Shown here: piece after piece, positions 17,965 to 26,881 of the stretch
Numbering within the stretch: position 1 is the first letter of the stretch
How the letters are laid out: each line of letters begins with the position of its first letter
Origin: an uncultured Candidatus Rokubacteria bacterium
GTDB lineage: Bacteria > Methylomirabilota > Methylomirabilia > Rokubacteriales > DASRDR01
Length of the DNA stretch: 64,000 nt
Reading direction: 5' to 3'
NCBI GenBank assembly: GCA_963826115.1
Contig: CAWGVS010000004.1
Coordinates: 128,001 to 192,000, forward strand
Program-made: the position numbers and the translations under genes
The notes under the pieces: generated by a model
Seen by the model: only the letters and a program-made list of their open reading frames with translations
Told to the model about the DNA's origin: nothing
The model's database searches: none

Positions 17965-19154
17965 GAGAATCGGGCCCCCACCCGGCGGAGGACGGCGAGG
18001 TAGTTGTCGGTGACCCGGTCCCACGTGTAGTTCGCGAGGACGTAGGCGCGCCCGGCCTCGCCGAGGCGCCGGCGGAGCGCGGGGTCCCCGGCCAGGAGCT
18101 CCAACGCCTCCACGAACTCGAAGTAGTCCTCGAAGAAGAGACCGCCGTTCGACGCGAGGCAGTGGTCCCGCGTCACCGCGCACCGCCCGTGGACGAGCGA
18201 GGGCGCGCCGGCGAGCCACGCCTCCATCATCACCAGCGAGAAGCTCTCGAGGAGCGAGGGCTGGCAGAGGGCCAGCGTCGCCGCGTACGCGTCCGCCTTG
18301 TCCTGCGGCGTGACGAACCCGAGGTCGAGGATGTCGGCGGAGAGCCGCCCGGGGATCCGGACCCCGCCCGAGCCGATCAGCACGAGCTTGAGCCGGCTCC
18401 GCGGGTGCGTCAGCTTGTAGCGCGCGAAGTACTCGACGAGGAGCGGCGTGTTCTTCTCCGGGGCCTTCCGTCCCGCGTAGAGGATGAACGGGTCGGTGAC
18501 CCGGTGCGTCCGGCGGAACCGCTCCCCGTCTCCGGGCGGCGGCGGGTCGACGCCCTCGCCGACCAGGTGGAACCGCTCCGCCTGGGCGCCGGCCAGGGTC
18601 TCCGCCAGCGCGCGCTCGGCGGGCACGTGGAAGCAGACCGCGCGGACGGTCTGCAGGATGCGGCGGGTCCACTTGAGCTGGGCGAACGGCTCGTCGTGGA
18701 GGCACGGGATCAGGAGCGAGCGGTCGGGCGCGGCCAGAGCACCTTCCCACGTCGTGCCGAAGCAGTAGGGAATGAAGACGTACCAGTACCGATCGCGCTC
18801 GGAGGCCAGGTAGGCGTAGAGATCGTTCGAGTTGATCGACTCCCGGACGAAGTCCTCCTCCTCGAACGAGGTGAGCGTGCCCCCGGCGGTCAGGCGCCAC
18901 TGGAGCCGCCCGTACCGCTCAGGATCGCGCGGCCGCGCCTTGAAGCGCCGCACGACGAAGCCGTCCTCCTCGGTGACGCCGTCCGGATGGTGGTCCACCC
19001 ACGGCGAGGCGTGGTCGCGGGCGCAGGTCGTCAGGATCTCGACCGGCACGCCCCGGCCCCGGAGCGCGCGCGCGGTCGCCCGGCACTCGGCCTCCGCACC
19101 ACCCGCGATGTCCGACCCGTACCAGGGGGCCACGAAGGCGAGCGTGTCAGGCAA
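17961..19154 (-). CDS. Glycosyltransferase family 4
   Basis: PWYGSDIAGGAE, LTTCARD, YAGRKAPEKN, ESFSLVMMEAW. Confidence 0.92.
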   Translation of the reverse strand: MPDTLAFVAPWYGSDIAGGAEAECRATARALRGRGVPVEILTTCARDHASPWVDHHPDGVTEEDGFVVRRFKARPRDPERYGRLQWRLTAGGTLTSFEEEDFVRESINSNDLYAYLASERDRYWYVFIPYCFGTTWEGALAAPDRSLLIPCLHDEPFAQLKWTRRILQTVRAVCFHVPAERALAETLAGAQAERFHLVGEGVDPPPPGDGERFRRTHRVTDPFILYAGRKAPEKNTPLLVEYFARYKLTHPRSRLKLVLIGSGGVRIPGRLSADILDLGFVTPQDKADAYAATLALCQPSLLESFSLVMMEAWLAGAPSLVHGRCAVTRDHCLASNGGLFFEDYFEFVEALELLAGDPALRRRLGEAGRAYVLANYTWDRVTDNYLAVLRRVGARFS

Positions 19155-20394
19155 CGAGCCGCTCCAGGGTCTCGTAGAGACGCGCGGTCACGGCCGGCCA
19201 GCTGTACACCGCCTCGACGTAGGCGCGCCCCTGGTCGGCGAGGCGTCGCCGCCGCTCGGAGTCCTCGAGGAGGAGGTCGAGCGCCTCCGCGAACTCGTAG
19301 AAGTCCTCGAACGCGAGGCCGCCACCCGCGGTCATGACGTGGTGCGTGGTCACCGCGCTGCGGGCGTGGACCAGGACGGGCGTCCCCGCGAGCCAGGCCT
19401 CCATCAGGACGATCGAGAAGGACTCGTTGACCGAGGGCTGGCACACGACGGTGGCCGCGCGGTAGGCCGCGGCCTTGGCGCCGGCGTCGAGATAGCCGAG
19501 GTCCCGGACGCCCGCGGCGCCTGGAGGCCCGGTCACCGGTCCGTCGCCGGCGAGCACGAGCGTCAGATCGGAGCGGCGGAGGTCGCGGTAGCGGAGCGCG
19601 TACTCGATCAGGAGCGGGACGTTCTTGCCCGTCTCCTTCCGCCCCAGGTAGAAGAGGAGCGGCCCCTCGAGACCGTATCGCTGGCGGAGCGCCACCCCGT
19701 CGGCGGGCGGCGGCGGATCGAAGCCGAGCCCGACGACGCCGGCCGGCCGGTCGCCGATCCCGTAGAGCTTCTCCGCGAGCGCCGCTTCCGGGGGTGAGTT
19801 GAAGATGAACCCCCGGCAGGCCTGGAACGCGTCCCGCACCACGCCCAGGTGAGCGAAGGGCTCGTCGTGGAGGCACGGGATGAGCACCGCCCGCCCCGGC
19901 ACCAGGGATACGCCGCGCAGCGTGGTCCCGAAGAGGTACGGGGCGAAGCACACGAGGTCGTAATCGGGCGCGCGCGCCTCGAGGTGGTCGAAGAGCTCCG
20001 TGCTCCCCACCGACTCCTCGACCCAGCGCGCCTCCTCCCGCGGGCGGAGGCGCGACCCGCGGAGGATCCGCTGCTGGAGCCAGGCGTGGCGTCGCGTGTC
20101 CCGGAGCCGCACGGGGAAGCGACGGACCACCACGCCGGCGTCGTGGCTCGTCCCCGCGGGGAGGACGTTCTTCCACGAGAGGTGGTCCCGAGCGCAGGTC
20201 GTCAGGACCTCGACGGCGGTTCCCGTGGCCGCGAGGTGCTCGGCGAGCCCGCGGACCAGCGTCTCGGCGCCGCCCACGACGTCCGCGCCGTAGCGCGGCA
20301 CGACGAACGCCACGCGAAGCCCGCGGCCCGCCGCCGGGCGCGCGACGAAACTCGGCGGCGCCGCGGGTCGCGGCCGGCGAAGGAGCCCCCTCAC
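19147..20394 (-). CDS. Glycosyltransferase family 4
   Basis: PRYGADVVGGAE, LTTCARD, YLGRKETGKN, ESFSIVLMEAW. Confidence 0.92.
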   Translation of the reverse strand: MRGLLRRPRPAAPPSFVARPAAGRGLRVAFVVPRYGADVVGGAETLVRGLAEHLAATGTAVEVLTTCARDHLSWKNVLPAGTSHDAGVVVRRFPVRLRDTRRHAWLQQRILRGSRLRPREEARWVEESVGSTELFDHLEARAPDYDLVCFAPYLFGTTLRGVSLVPGRAVLIPCLHDEPFAHLGVVRDAFQACRGFIFNSPPEAALAEKLYGIGDRPAGVVGLGFDPPPPADGVALRQRYGLEGPLLFYLGRKETGKNVPLLIEYALRYRDLRRSDLTLVLAGDGPVTGPPGAAGVRDLGYLDAGAKAAAYRAATVVCQPSVNESFSIVLMEAWLAGTPVLVHARSAVTTHHVMTAGGGLAFEDFYEFAEALDLLLEDSERRRRLADQGRAYVEAVYSWPAVTARLYETLERLVA

Positions 20395-21728
20395 GGGCGC
20401 CGTCCGATCGCGGCGTAGTCCTGCGCGCCCCACAGGAGCTGGTTCAGCCGCTCGAAGTTGTCGTTGATCTGGGTGAGGAAGGCCTCCTCGTAGCGACGCA
20501 TGTACCAGAAGGGCTCCAGCCGCTGGAGCTTCCCGTCGGGGGGGACCGGGTTCACGTACCGCACCTCGACGTCGCGGAACCCCGCCGCCTCCAGCACGAA
20601 GCGCGCCGCCTCCGGATGGATCGGCTTGATGTGCGAGAGGTCGACGTAAAAGGCCCCGGAGAACACGGTGAGGCACGCCGGGTTCGGCGTCTCGCAGAGC
20701 AGCACCCCGCCCGGCCGGAGCTTCCGGTGGGCCAGTCGCACGAGCGCGATCAGCGCCTCGGACGGGATGTGCTCGATCACCTGGGCGCAGAAGATTCCCC
20801 CGAGCGCGCCATCGGGCTGCCGCTCCAGGTAGGCGAGGGCGTCCGCCTGCTCGGCGTCGAGGCCGGCCGCCCGGCACCGCGCGACCATGCCGGCGTCGAC
20901 GTCGATGCCGCGGGCCTCGAGGCCGGCCTCCTTGCACAGGAAGAGGAACTCGCCCCGCCCGCATCCCACGTCGAGGACCGGGCCCTGCCGGGCGAAGAGC
21001 TCGAGATACCCCCGCTGGCGCTGCTGGATCTCCTCGGAAGTGCCACGGTGGCGATCCTCGAACTGCACGTATGCCGTCACCGGGAGCGCGCCGAGGCCGG
21101 CCGGCACTGCGGGGAGCGGCGCCGGCGTCACGGCCGGGGCCGGCCGGCGCCCGCGCTCCACCTCCGCGCGGAGGTCCTCCACGCGGGCGGCGAGCGCGCC
21201 GAGGCGCTCCGCGACCTCGCGCTCCCGCCTGAGCCGCTCCGCGTGCTCGACGGTCAGGCGCTCCTGGAGGTCGAGCGACAGGTCCTCGTGGCGGCGCGTG
21301 AGGGTCGCCAGGCCGTCGCGGACCGGCAGGACGAAGGCGTTCAGGAGATGGAGGAGCGCGCTGTTGAACTCGACCTGCCGGGCGAGGATCAGCGTGATGT
21401 ACGGACGCGTGATCCGCCGGAGGACCTTCTTCGCGCGGACGATGACCGCGCCGACCCCGGCCCGGTGGGACTGGATGACGGGCTCGGCCGCCGTGTCCCA
21501 GCCGTCGTTCAGCCGCTCGAGGTGCTCCTCGAGCTCGTCCTGGAACGTCGGCGCGCTCTCCGCCAGCTCGATCTCCATCTGGGTGATGCGCCGGACCTCG
21601 TCCTCGGAGTAGAAGCCGGAGGCGCGCCGCTCCCGCACGCGCGCCTTGATCTCCTCCATGAGGCGGCCCGCGTCTACCATCCCCTCGCGGGGCGCGTCGG
21701 GGGGCAGGGCCGAAGCCTCGGCGGTCAC
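20391..21728 (-). CDS. Coiled-coil + SAM methyltransferase; probable glycan chain-terminating methyltransferase (WbdD/WsaE-like role)
   Basis: N-terminal helical/coiled region; FEDRHRGTSEEI; LDVGCGRGEF; QVIEH; ETPNP; directly follows wzt. Confidence 0.8.
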   Translation of the reverse strand: MTAEASALPPDAPREGMVDAGRLMEEIKARVRERRASGFYSEDEVRRITQMEIELAESAPTFQDELEEHLERLNDGWDTAAEPVIQSHRAGVGAVIVRAKKVLRRITRPYITLILARQVEFNSALLHLLNAFVLPVRDGLATLTRRHEDLSLDLQERLTVEHAERLRREREVAERLGALAARVEDLRAEVERGRRPAPAVTPAPLPAVPAGLGALPVTAYVQFEDRHRGTSEEIQQRQRGYLELFARQGPVLDVGCGRGEFLFLCKEAGLEARGIDVDAGMVARCRAAGLDAEQADALAYLERQPDGALGGIFCAQVIEHIPSEALIALVRLAHRKLRPGGVLLCETPNPACLTVFSGAFYVDLSHIKPIHPEAARFVLEAAGFRDVEVRYVNPVPPDGKLQRLEPFWYMRRYEEAFLTQINDNFERLNQLLWGAQDYAAIGRRP

Positions 21729-23017
21729 GATCCGTCCCCCGCGCCCGACTCGAGCTGCCATCGGTGCGCGAGCCGCGCCACGCCCGTGTCGCGCACCCGC
21801 GAGCGCACCGCGAAGGCGTAGAGCCGGCTGTGGTAGTCGTACGGGTGGCCGTCGCGCGCGTGGACGGCGACGTCCAGGAGGTACTCGCCCTCGACCAGGT
21901 CGAGCCGTTCGATCGCCATCGTGACCGAGCCGTCCCCGTCGACCTTCCCGAACGCGAGCCCCTCCAGCGCGGTGTTGGTCCCGTAGCAGCAGATCCCGTC
22001 CTTCCGGAAGACGCCGACGCCGAACACGGGGTCGGCGATGGGCCGATGGGTCCGGAAGGCGAGGCGGACCGCGCAGGCTTCTCCGGTCTCGAAGAGGTAG
22101 CGCTCGCGACCGTCCGCGCCGGCGAGCTGGACGCCGGTCAGCTCGACTTCCCGGGTGCCCCAGCGCGTGGCCCCGCCCGTGCGCGCGAGCGCCTCGGCCT
22201 GGGCGTGCTCGACGCCGAGCGCGCGCGCTTCCTCGCGCGCCACGTGATCGAGGTACCGGCCCACGACCTCCCGGGTCTCGCCGTGGAGCTGGAGCCGCCC
22301 CCGGTCGAGCCACACCGCCTCGTCGCACAGGCGCTCGATGCTGCCGAGGTCGTGGGAGACGAGCACGATGGTCTTCCCGCGAGCCTTGAACTCCTGGATC
22401 TTGCCGATGCACCGGTGCTGGAAGGCTTCGTCGCCGACCGCCAGCACCTCGTCGATCAGGAGCACGTCCGGGTCCACGGTGACCGCGATCGCGAAGCCGA
22501 GCCGCATGTACATCCCCGACGAGTATGTCTTGACGGGGCTGTCGACGAAGGCCTCGAGCCCCGCAAAGGCGACGATCTCGTCGAAGCGCGCGCGGATCTC
22601 CGCGCGCGAGAGGCCCAGCAGGACGCCGTTGATGTAGATGTTCTCGCGCCCGGAGAACTCCGGATGGAAGCCGGCGCCCAGCTCGATCAGCGCGGAGACA
22701 CGGCCCCGCACGACGACCTGGCCGGCGGTGGGCTTGAGGATGCCGCCCAGGATCTTCAGGAGCGTCGACTTGCCGGAGCCGTTCGAGCCGATCATGCCGA
22801 CCATGCGGCCGCGCCCGAGCTCGAGGCTCACGTCGTGGAGCGCCCAGAGCTCCTCGCCCGAGAACAGCCCCGGCCCGCCGCCGCCTCCGACGAAGAGGCG
22901 GACGAAGAGGTCCTTGACGGTGGAGACGTGGCGGCCCCGGTGGAGCCGGAAGCGCTTCGAGACGTCGCGGAGCGAGATCGCGACGTCCGGCGTCGGGGGC
23001 GCCAGCGCCTCGCCCAC
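21725..23017 (-). CDS. wzt: Polysaccharide ABC exporter ATPase with C-terminal Wzt_C carbohydrate-binding domain
   Basis: GSNGSGKS, YSSGM..RLGF, LIDEVLAVGD, VSHD, plus a ~150-aa beta-rich extension. Confidence 0.95.
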   Translation of the reverse strand: MGEALAPPTPDVAISLRDVSKRFRLHRGRHVSTVKDLFVRLFVGGGGGPGLFSGEELWALHDVSLELGRGRMVGMIGSNGSGKSTLLKILGGILKPTAGQVVVRGRVSALIELGAGFHPEFSGRENIYINGVLLGLSRAEIRARFDEIVAFAGLEAFVDSPVKTYSSGMYMRLGFAIAVTVDPDVLLIDEVLAVGDEAFQHRCIGKIQEFKARGKTIVLVSHDLGSIERLCDEAVWLDRGRLQLHGETREVVGRYLDHVAREEARALGVEHAQAEALARTGGATRWGTREVELTGVQLAGADGRERYLFETGEACAVRLAFRTHRPIADPVFGVGVFRKDGICCYGTNTALEGLAFGKVDGDGSVTMAIERLDLVEGEYLLDVAVHARDGHPYDYHSRLYAFAVRSRVRDTGVARLAHRWQLESGAGDGS

Positions 23018-23020
23018 CGC

Positions 23021-23827
23021 TCAGACCTCCTCGGCCAGGCTGTCGCGGAGCCGGTCGAACACCCACCAGCCGCCGATCAGCGCCAGGGCCGCGCAGAGGC
23101 CCACGGTGCCGAGATGGATCCAGTGCGGCTGGCGCCCGAAGAAGAAGATGTTCTGGTAGCTCTGGACGAGCCCGGCGATCGGGTTGAGGAAGTAGAGCGG
23201 GCGGAGGGGCACCGCCAGGGACGCACTCAGGTGGAGCGTCGTCGGCACCGTCGACACCGGGTAGAGAATGGGCGACAGAAAGAACAGGAGGGTCAGGCCG
23301 TTGGTCAGGATCTGCTCCACGTCCCGGAGGTGGACGTTGAGGGCCGCCAGCGCGAGGGCGAGGCCGGTGGTGAGGAGCAGCTGGAGGACGACGAGGAGCG
23401 GCAGGAAGACCAGCACCGCGTGCGGGCGGATGCCGAAGAGCAGGAGGAACACGACGAGCAGGGGCAGCGAGAGGAGCATGTTGATCAGGTTCGCGAGCAC
23501 CGACACGATCGGCAGCACCTCGGCCGGAAACAGGATCCGCTTGACGAGCGCCCCCGAAGCGACGATCACGCCCGCCGCGTGGCCGAGCGAGGACGAGAAC
23601 CAGAGCCACGGGAGGAGCCCGGAGAAGAGGAAGACCGCGTACCCCTCCATCGGCACCCGGAGGTAGATCGAGAACACGAGCGCGTAGACCAGCATCAGGA
23701 GCAGCGGGTTCAGGAACGACCACAGGAACCCGAGGAAGGAGCCGCGGTACCGCGCCCGGAGCTCCCGCAGGACCAGCGTCCCGATCAGCGCTCGGTATCG
23801 GTACAGGTCAACCAGGTGTCCTGCCAT
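23021..23827 (-). CDS. wzm: Polysaccharide ABC exporter permease
   Basis: RELRARYRGSFLGFLWSFLNPL, LVKRILFP, RDVEQ, SPILYP, LNPI. Confidence 0.95.
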   Translation of the reverse strand: MAGHLVDLYRYRALIGTLVLRELRARYRGSFLGFLWSFLNPLLLMLVYALVFSIYLRVPMEGYAVFLFSGLLPWLWFSSSLGHAAGVIVASGALVKRILFPAEVLPIVSVLANLINMLLSLPLLVVFLLLFGIRPHAVLVFLPLLVVLQLLLTTGLALALAALNVHLRDVEQILTNGLTLLFFLSPILYPVSTVPTTLHLSASLAVPLRPLYFLNPIAGLVQSYQNIFFFGRQPHWIHLGTVGLCAALALIGGWWVFDRLRDSLAEEV

Positions 23828-23858
23828 GCCCGCCTTGGTCCCGCCGTCGGCCCTCCGG

Positions 23859-24803
23859 TCAGGCCCGACGGCGCCAGTCGTCCAGCACGTCCTCGATGCT
23901 CCGCGCGAGCGGAATCTCCGGCGCCCAGCCCGTGAGCCCCCGCAGCCGGCTCGCGTCCCCGACGAGCATGGGGACGTCGACGGGGCGGACGCGCTCCGGC
24001 ACCTGGCGCACCTCGATCGGGCGCGCGGCCCGCGCGAGGAACGCGTCGATCACCTCCCGGATGGTCGTGGCCTTCCCGGAGGCGACGTTGTAGGTCCAGC
24101 CCGGCTCGCACCGGCCCAGGAGGAGCCAGTACGCCCGCACCATGTCCCGGACGTCGGTGAAGTCACGCCGCGTCGTCGTGGTGCCGACCTCGAGGATCGC
24201 CGGGCCCTGGCCGCGCTCGATCACCGCGATCTGCCGCGCGACGTCGCTCCAGACGAAGCCGAGTCCCTGCCGCGGCCCGACGTGGTTGAACGCGCGGGCG
24301 ATCACGAGCGGCAGCCCCTCCGAGCGCACGTAGTAGCCCGCGTACAGCTCCTGGGAGGCCTTGGACAGGGCGTACGGCGATCCCGGGGCCCAGCGCCGGG
24401 TCTCGGGGATCGGCTGCTCCGCCTCGGGGACGACCCCGTAGACTTCGCCGGACGAGATCAGGAGACAGGGCACCGGGTGGCGGCGCAGGCCCTCGCAGAG
24501 CTGGTAGGTCGCCTCGAGGTTCGTCCGGAGGACGTCGGCGCGCAGCGCCCACGAGGTGCCGACCACCGACGCGCCGGCCAGGTGGAAGACGCGGTCCGGT
24601 TGCGTCGCCTCCAGCACGCGGGCGGCCGCGCCGGGCTCCGTCAGGTCGCAGCCGACCGTGGCGACGTCCTTCTGGATGCCGGCGAGGTTGTCGGTCGGGG
24701 CGCCGGGGAGCACGGTGCCCGCGACCTCCGCGCCCTCACGGAGGGCCAGGTCGGCAAGGTGGCTACCGGCGAAGCCGGCGATGCCGGTGATGAGGACCTT
24801 CAC
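23859..24803 (-). CDS. GDP-mannose 4,6-dehydratase / GDP-4-keto-6-deoxymannose reductase (Rmd) family SDR
   Basis: GIAGFAGSHL, SSGEVYG, YALSK, RAFNHVGPRQ, RDFTDVRD. Confidence 0.85.
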   Translation of the reverse strand: MKVLITGIAGFAGSHLADLALREGAEVAGTVLPGAPTDNLAGIQKDVATVGCDLTEPGAAARVLEATQPDRVFHLAGASVVGTSWALRADVLRTNLEATYQLCEGLRRHPVPCLLISSGEVYGVVPEAEQPIPETRRWAPGSPYALSKASQELYAGYYVRSEGLPLVIARAFNHVGPRQGLGFVWSDVARQIAVIERGQGPAILEVGTTTTRRDFTDVRDMVRAYWLLLGRCEPGWTYNVASGKATTIREVIDAFLARAARPIEVRQVPERVRPVDVPMLVGDASRLRGLTGWAPEIPLARSIEDVLDDWRRRA

Positions 24804-24815
24804 GTCGCGCGCCGC

Positions 24816-25775
24816 CTAAACGCGGTTGCGCCAGTGCTCGAGGAGATCCTTGAGCGTCACCTCGAACGGGATCGTGGGCTCCCAGCCCGTGGCGCTCCGG
24901 AACTTCGAGCAGTCGCCGAGGAGGAGCGTGACGTCGGACGGCCGCATCCGGGCGGGGTCCGGCCGGACCTCCACTTTCACGTGCGCGAGACCGAGGAGGA
25001 TGTCGAGCACCTGGCGCGCCGAGTAGCCCCGGCCCGAGCAGATGTTGTAAACCTCGCCGGCGGCGCCGCGCTCGAGGGCCAGCCAGTAGGCGCGGACCAT
25101 GTCGCGCACGTCGGTGAAGTCGCGCACCGACTCGAGGTTCCCCACGTGCACGACGGGCTCGCGGAGCCCCTTTTCGATCTCCGCGACCTGCCGGGAGAAG
25201 TTCGAGGTGACGAAGACCTCGCCGCGCCGCGGCCCCGTGTGGTTGAACCCGCGAGTCCGGACCACGGGGAGCTGGTAGCTCCGCCAGTACTGATAGGCGA
25301 GGAGGTCCTGGGCCACCTTCGAGACCGCGTAGGGCGAGAGCGGCCGGAGCGGGCTGTCCTCCCGGAGCGGCACCTCGTCGGGCAGGACCAGGCCGTACTC
25401 CTCGCTCGACCCGGCGATCTGAATGCGCGTCTGGAGAAGGTCGAGGTCGCGGATCGCCTCGAAGAGGTTGACCTGCCCCAGTATGTTGCCGCTCAGCGTC
25501 TCACCGGGCGCCACCCACGACGTGGGCACGTAGCTCTGGGCCGCCAGGTGGAAGATCCGGTCCGGGCGCACCTCGCGAAGCACCCGCCGGACGGCGGCGG
25601 CGTCGCGCAGGTCGCACTCGACCCGCCGCACCTGGTTCCCGAGGTGCTGGACGTTCTCCATGCGACTCCGCCAGCGGTGCATGCCGAACACCTCGACGTC
25701 GCCGCGGGCGATCAGGTACTCGGCCAGGTGGCTGCCGACGAAACCGGTGAACCCGGTGATCAGGACCCGCATCAC
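24816..25775 (-). CDS. GDP-mannose 4,6-dehydratase / Rmd family SDR
   Basis: GFTGFVGSHL, HLAAQSYV, GSSEEYG, YAVSK, FNHTGPRRG, GNLESVRDFTDVRD. Confidence 0.88.
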   Translation of the reverse strand: MMRVLITGFTGFVGSHLAEYLIARGDVEVFGMHRWRSRMENVQHLGNQVRRVECDLRDAAAVRRVLREVRPDRIFHLAAQSYVPTSWVAPGETLSGNILGQVNLFEAIRDLDLLQTRIQIAGSSEEYGLVLPDEVPLREDSPLRPLSPYAVSKVAQDLLAYQYWRSYQLPVVRTRGFNHTGPRRGEVFVTSNFSRQVAEIEKGLREPVVHVGNLESVRDFTDVRDMVRAYWLALERGAAGEVYNICSGRGYSARQVLDILLGLAHVKVEVRPDPARMRPSDVTLLLGDCSKFRSATGWEPTIPFEVTLKDLLEHWRNRV

Positions 25776-26881
25776 GGCTCTCCTTCGAAGAAGCTCCGGA
25801 CGGCGGCGATCACGGAGTCGATCTCGTCGGCCCGGAGCTCTGGGAAGCAGGGAAGAGACAACACCTCTCGCGCGGCAGCCCAGGCTGCCGGGTAGGGAGT
25901 GGAGTCATACCCGAGGTCGCGGAATAGGGGCTGGGCCGGAATCGGCAGGGGATAGTGGCACGCGGTGCCGATCCCCACCGCGGCGAGGTGCGCGGCGAGG
26001 GCGTCCCGCCGGGCCGTGCGAATCGTGTACTGGTGGTACACGTGGGTCGCGCCCGGGCGCTCCACCGGCAGGACCACGGGCAGCCCGGCGAGGCCCTCGG
26101 CGTAGCGCGCGGCCACGGCCTGACGCGCGCGGGTCCAGTCCGGCAGGTGCCGGAGCTTCACCCGCAGGATCGCGGCCTGCATCTCGTCGAGCCGGGCAGT
26201 CCACCCGAGGGCGGTGTGGTGGTACTTCTGGGTCTGCCCGTGATTCCGCGCCAGGCGGAGCTGCGTCGCGAGCGCGCCGTCGTTGGTCGTCACCAGGCCC
26301 GCGTCCCCGTAGGCGGCGAGGTTCTTCGTGGGATAGAAGCTGAAGGCCGCCGCGCGGCCGTGCCCGCCGATCGGGCGTCCCCCGAGGGTCGCCCCGAAGG
26401 CCTGGGCCGCATCCTCGACCAGCGCGATCCCGTGGCCGTCCGCCAGGACCCGGAGGGGGCCCATCGCGGCCGGCTGCCCGTAGAGGTGGACGGCCAGGAT
26501 CGCGCGGGTCTGGGGCGTGATGGCGTCCGCGACCCGGTCGGGGTCGATGGTGAGGGTGGCCGGCTCCACGTCCACGAAGACGGGCCGGGCCTCCAGGTGG
26601 AGCGCCGCGGTGGCGGAGGCCACGAAGGAGAAGGCGGGCGTGATCACCTCGGTGCCGGGGCCGACGCCGACCGCCGCCAGGAGGAGCTTGATCGCGTCCG
26701 ACCCCGAGCCGAGACCGATCGCGTGGCTCACGCCGAGGTAGGCGGCGCACTCGGCCTCGAACGCCTGGCCCTCGGGCCCCAGGATGAACTGGCCGCCCCG
26801 CAGGACGTGCCGGAGGGCCGACTCGATCTCCGGCTCGAGCCGCTCGTACTGCCGTGTGAGGTCGAACTGGGGAATCTTCAT
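25772..26881 (-). CDS. DegT/DnrJ aminotransferase (WbpE/GnnB-like clade)
   Basis: MKIPQFDLTRQY, FILGPE, EDAAQAFGA, SFYPTKNLAAYGDAG, RLDEMQAA; ATGA overlap with lptD. Confidence 0.9.
   Translation of the reverse strand: MKIPQFDLTRQYERLEPEIESALRHVLRGGQFILGPEGQAFEAECAAYLGVSHAIGLGSGSDAIKLLLAAVGVGPGTEVITPAFSFVASATAALHLEARPVFVDVEPATLTIDPDRVADAITPQTRAILAVHLYGQPAAMGPLRVLADGHGIALVEDAAQAFGATLGGRPIGGHGRAAAFSFYPTKNLAAYGDAGLVTTNDGALATQLRLARNHGQTQKYHHTALGWTARLDEMQAAILRVKLRHLPDWTRARQAVAARYAEGLAGLPVVLPVERPGATHVYHQYTIRTARRDALAAHLAAVGIGTACHYPLPIPAQPLFRDLGYDSTPYPAAWAAAREVLSLPCFPELRADEIDSVIAAVRSFFEGEP

Noticed and set aside
20391-23723. Apparent 1110-aa methyltransferase
   Set aside because: The extension overlaps wzm/wzt out of frame; the real start is 21728.
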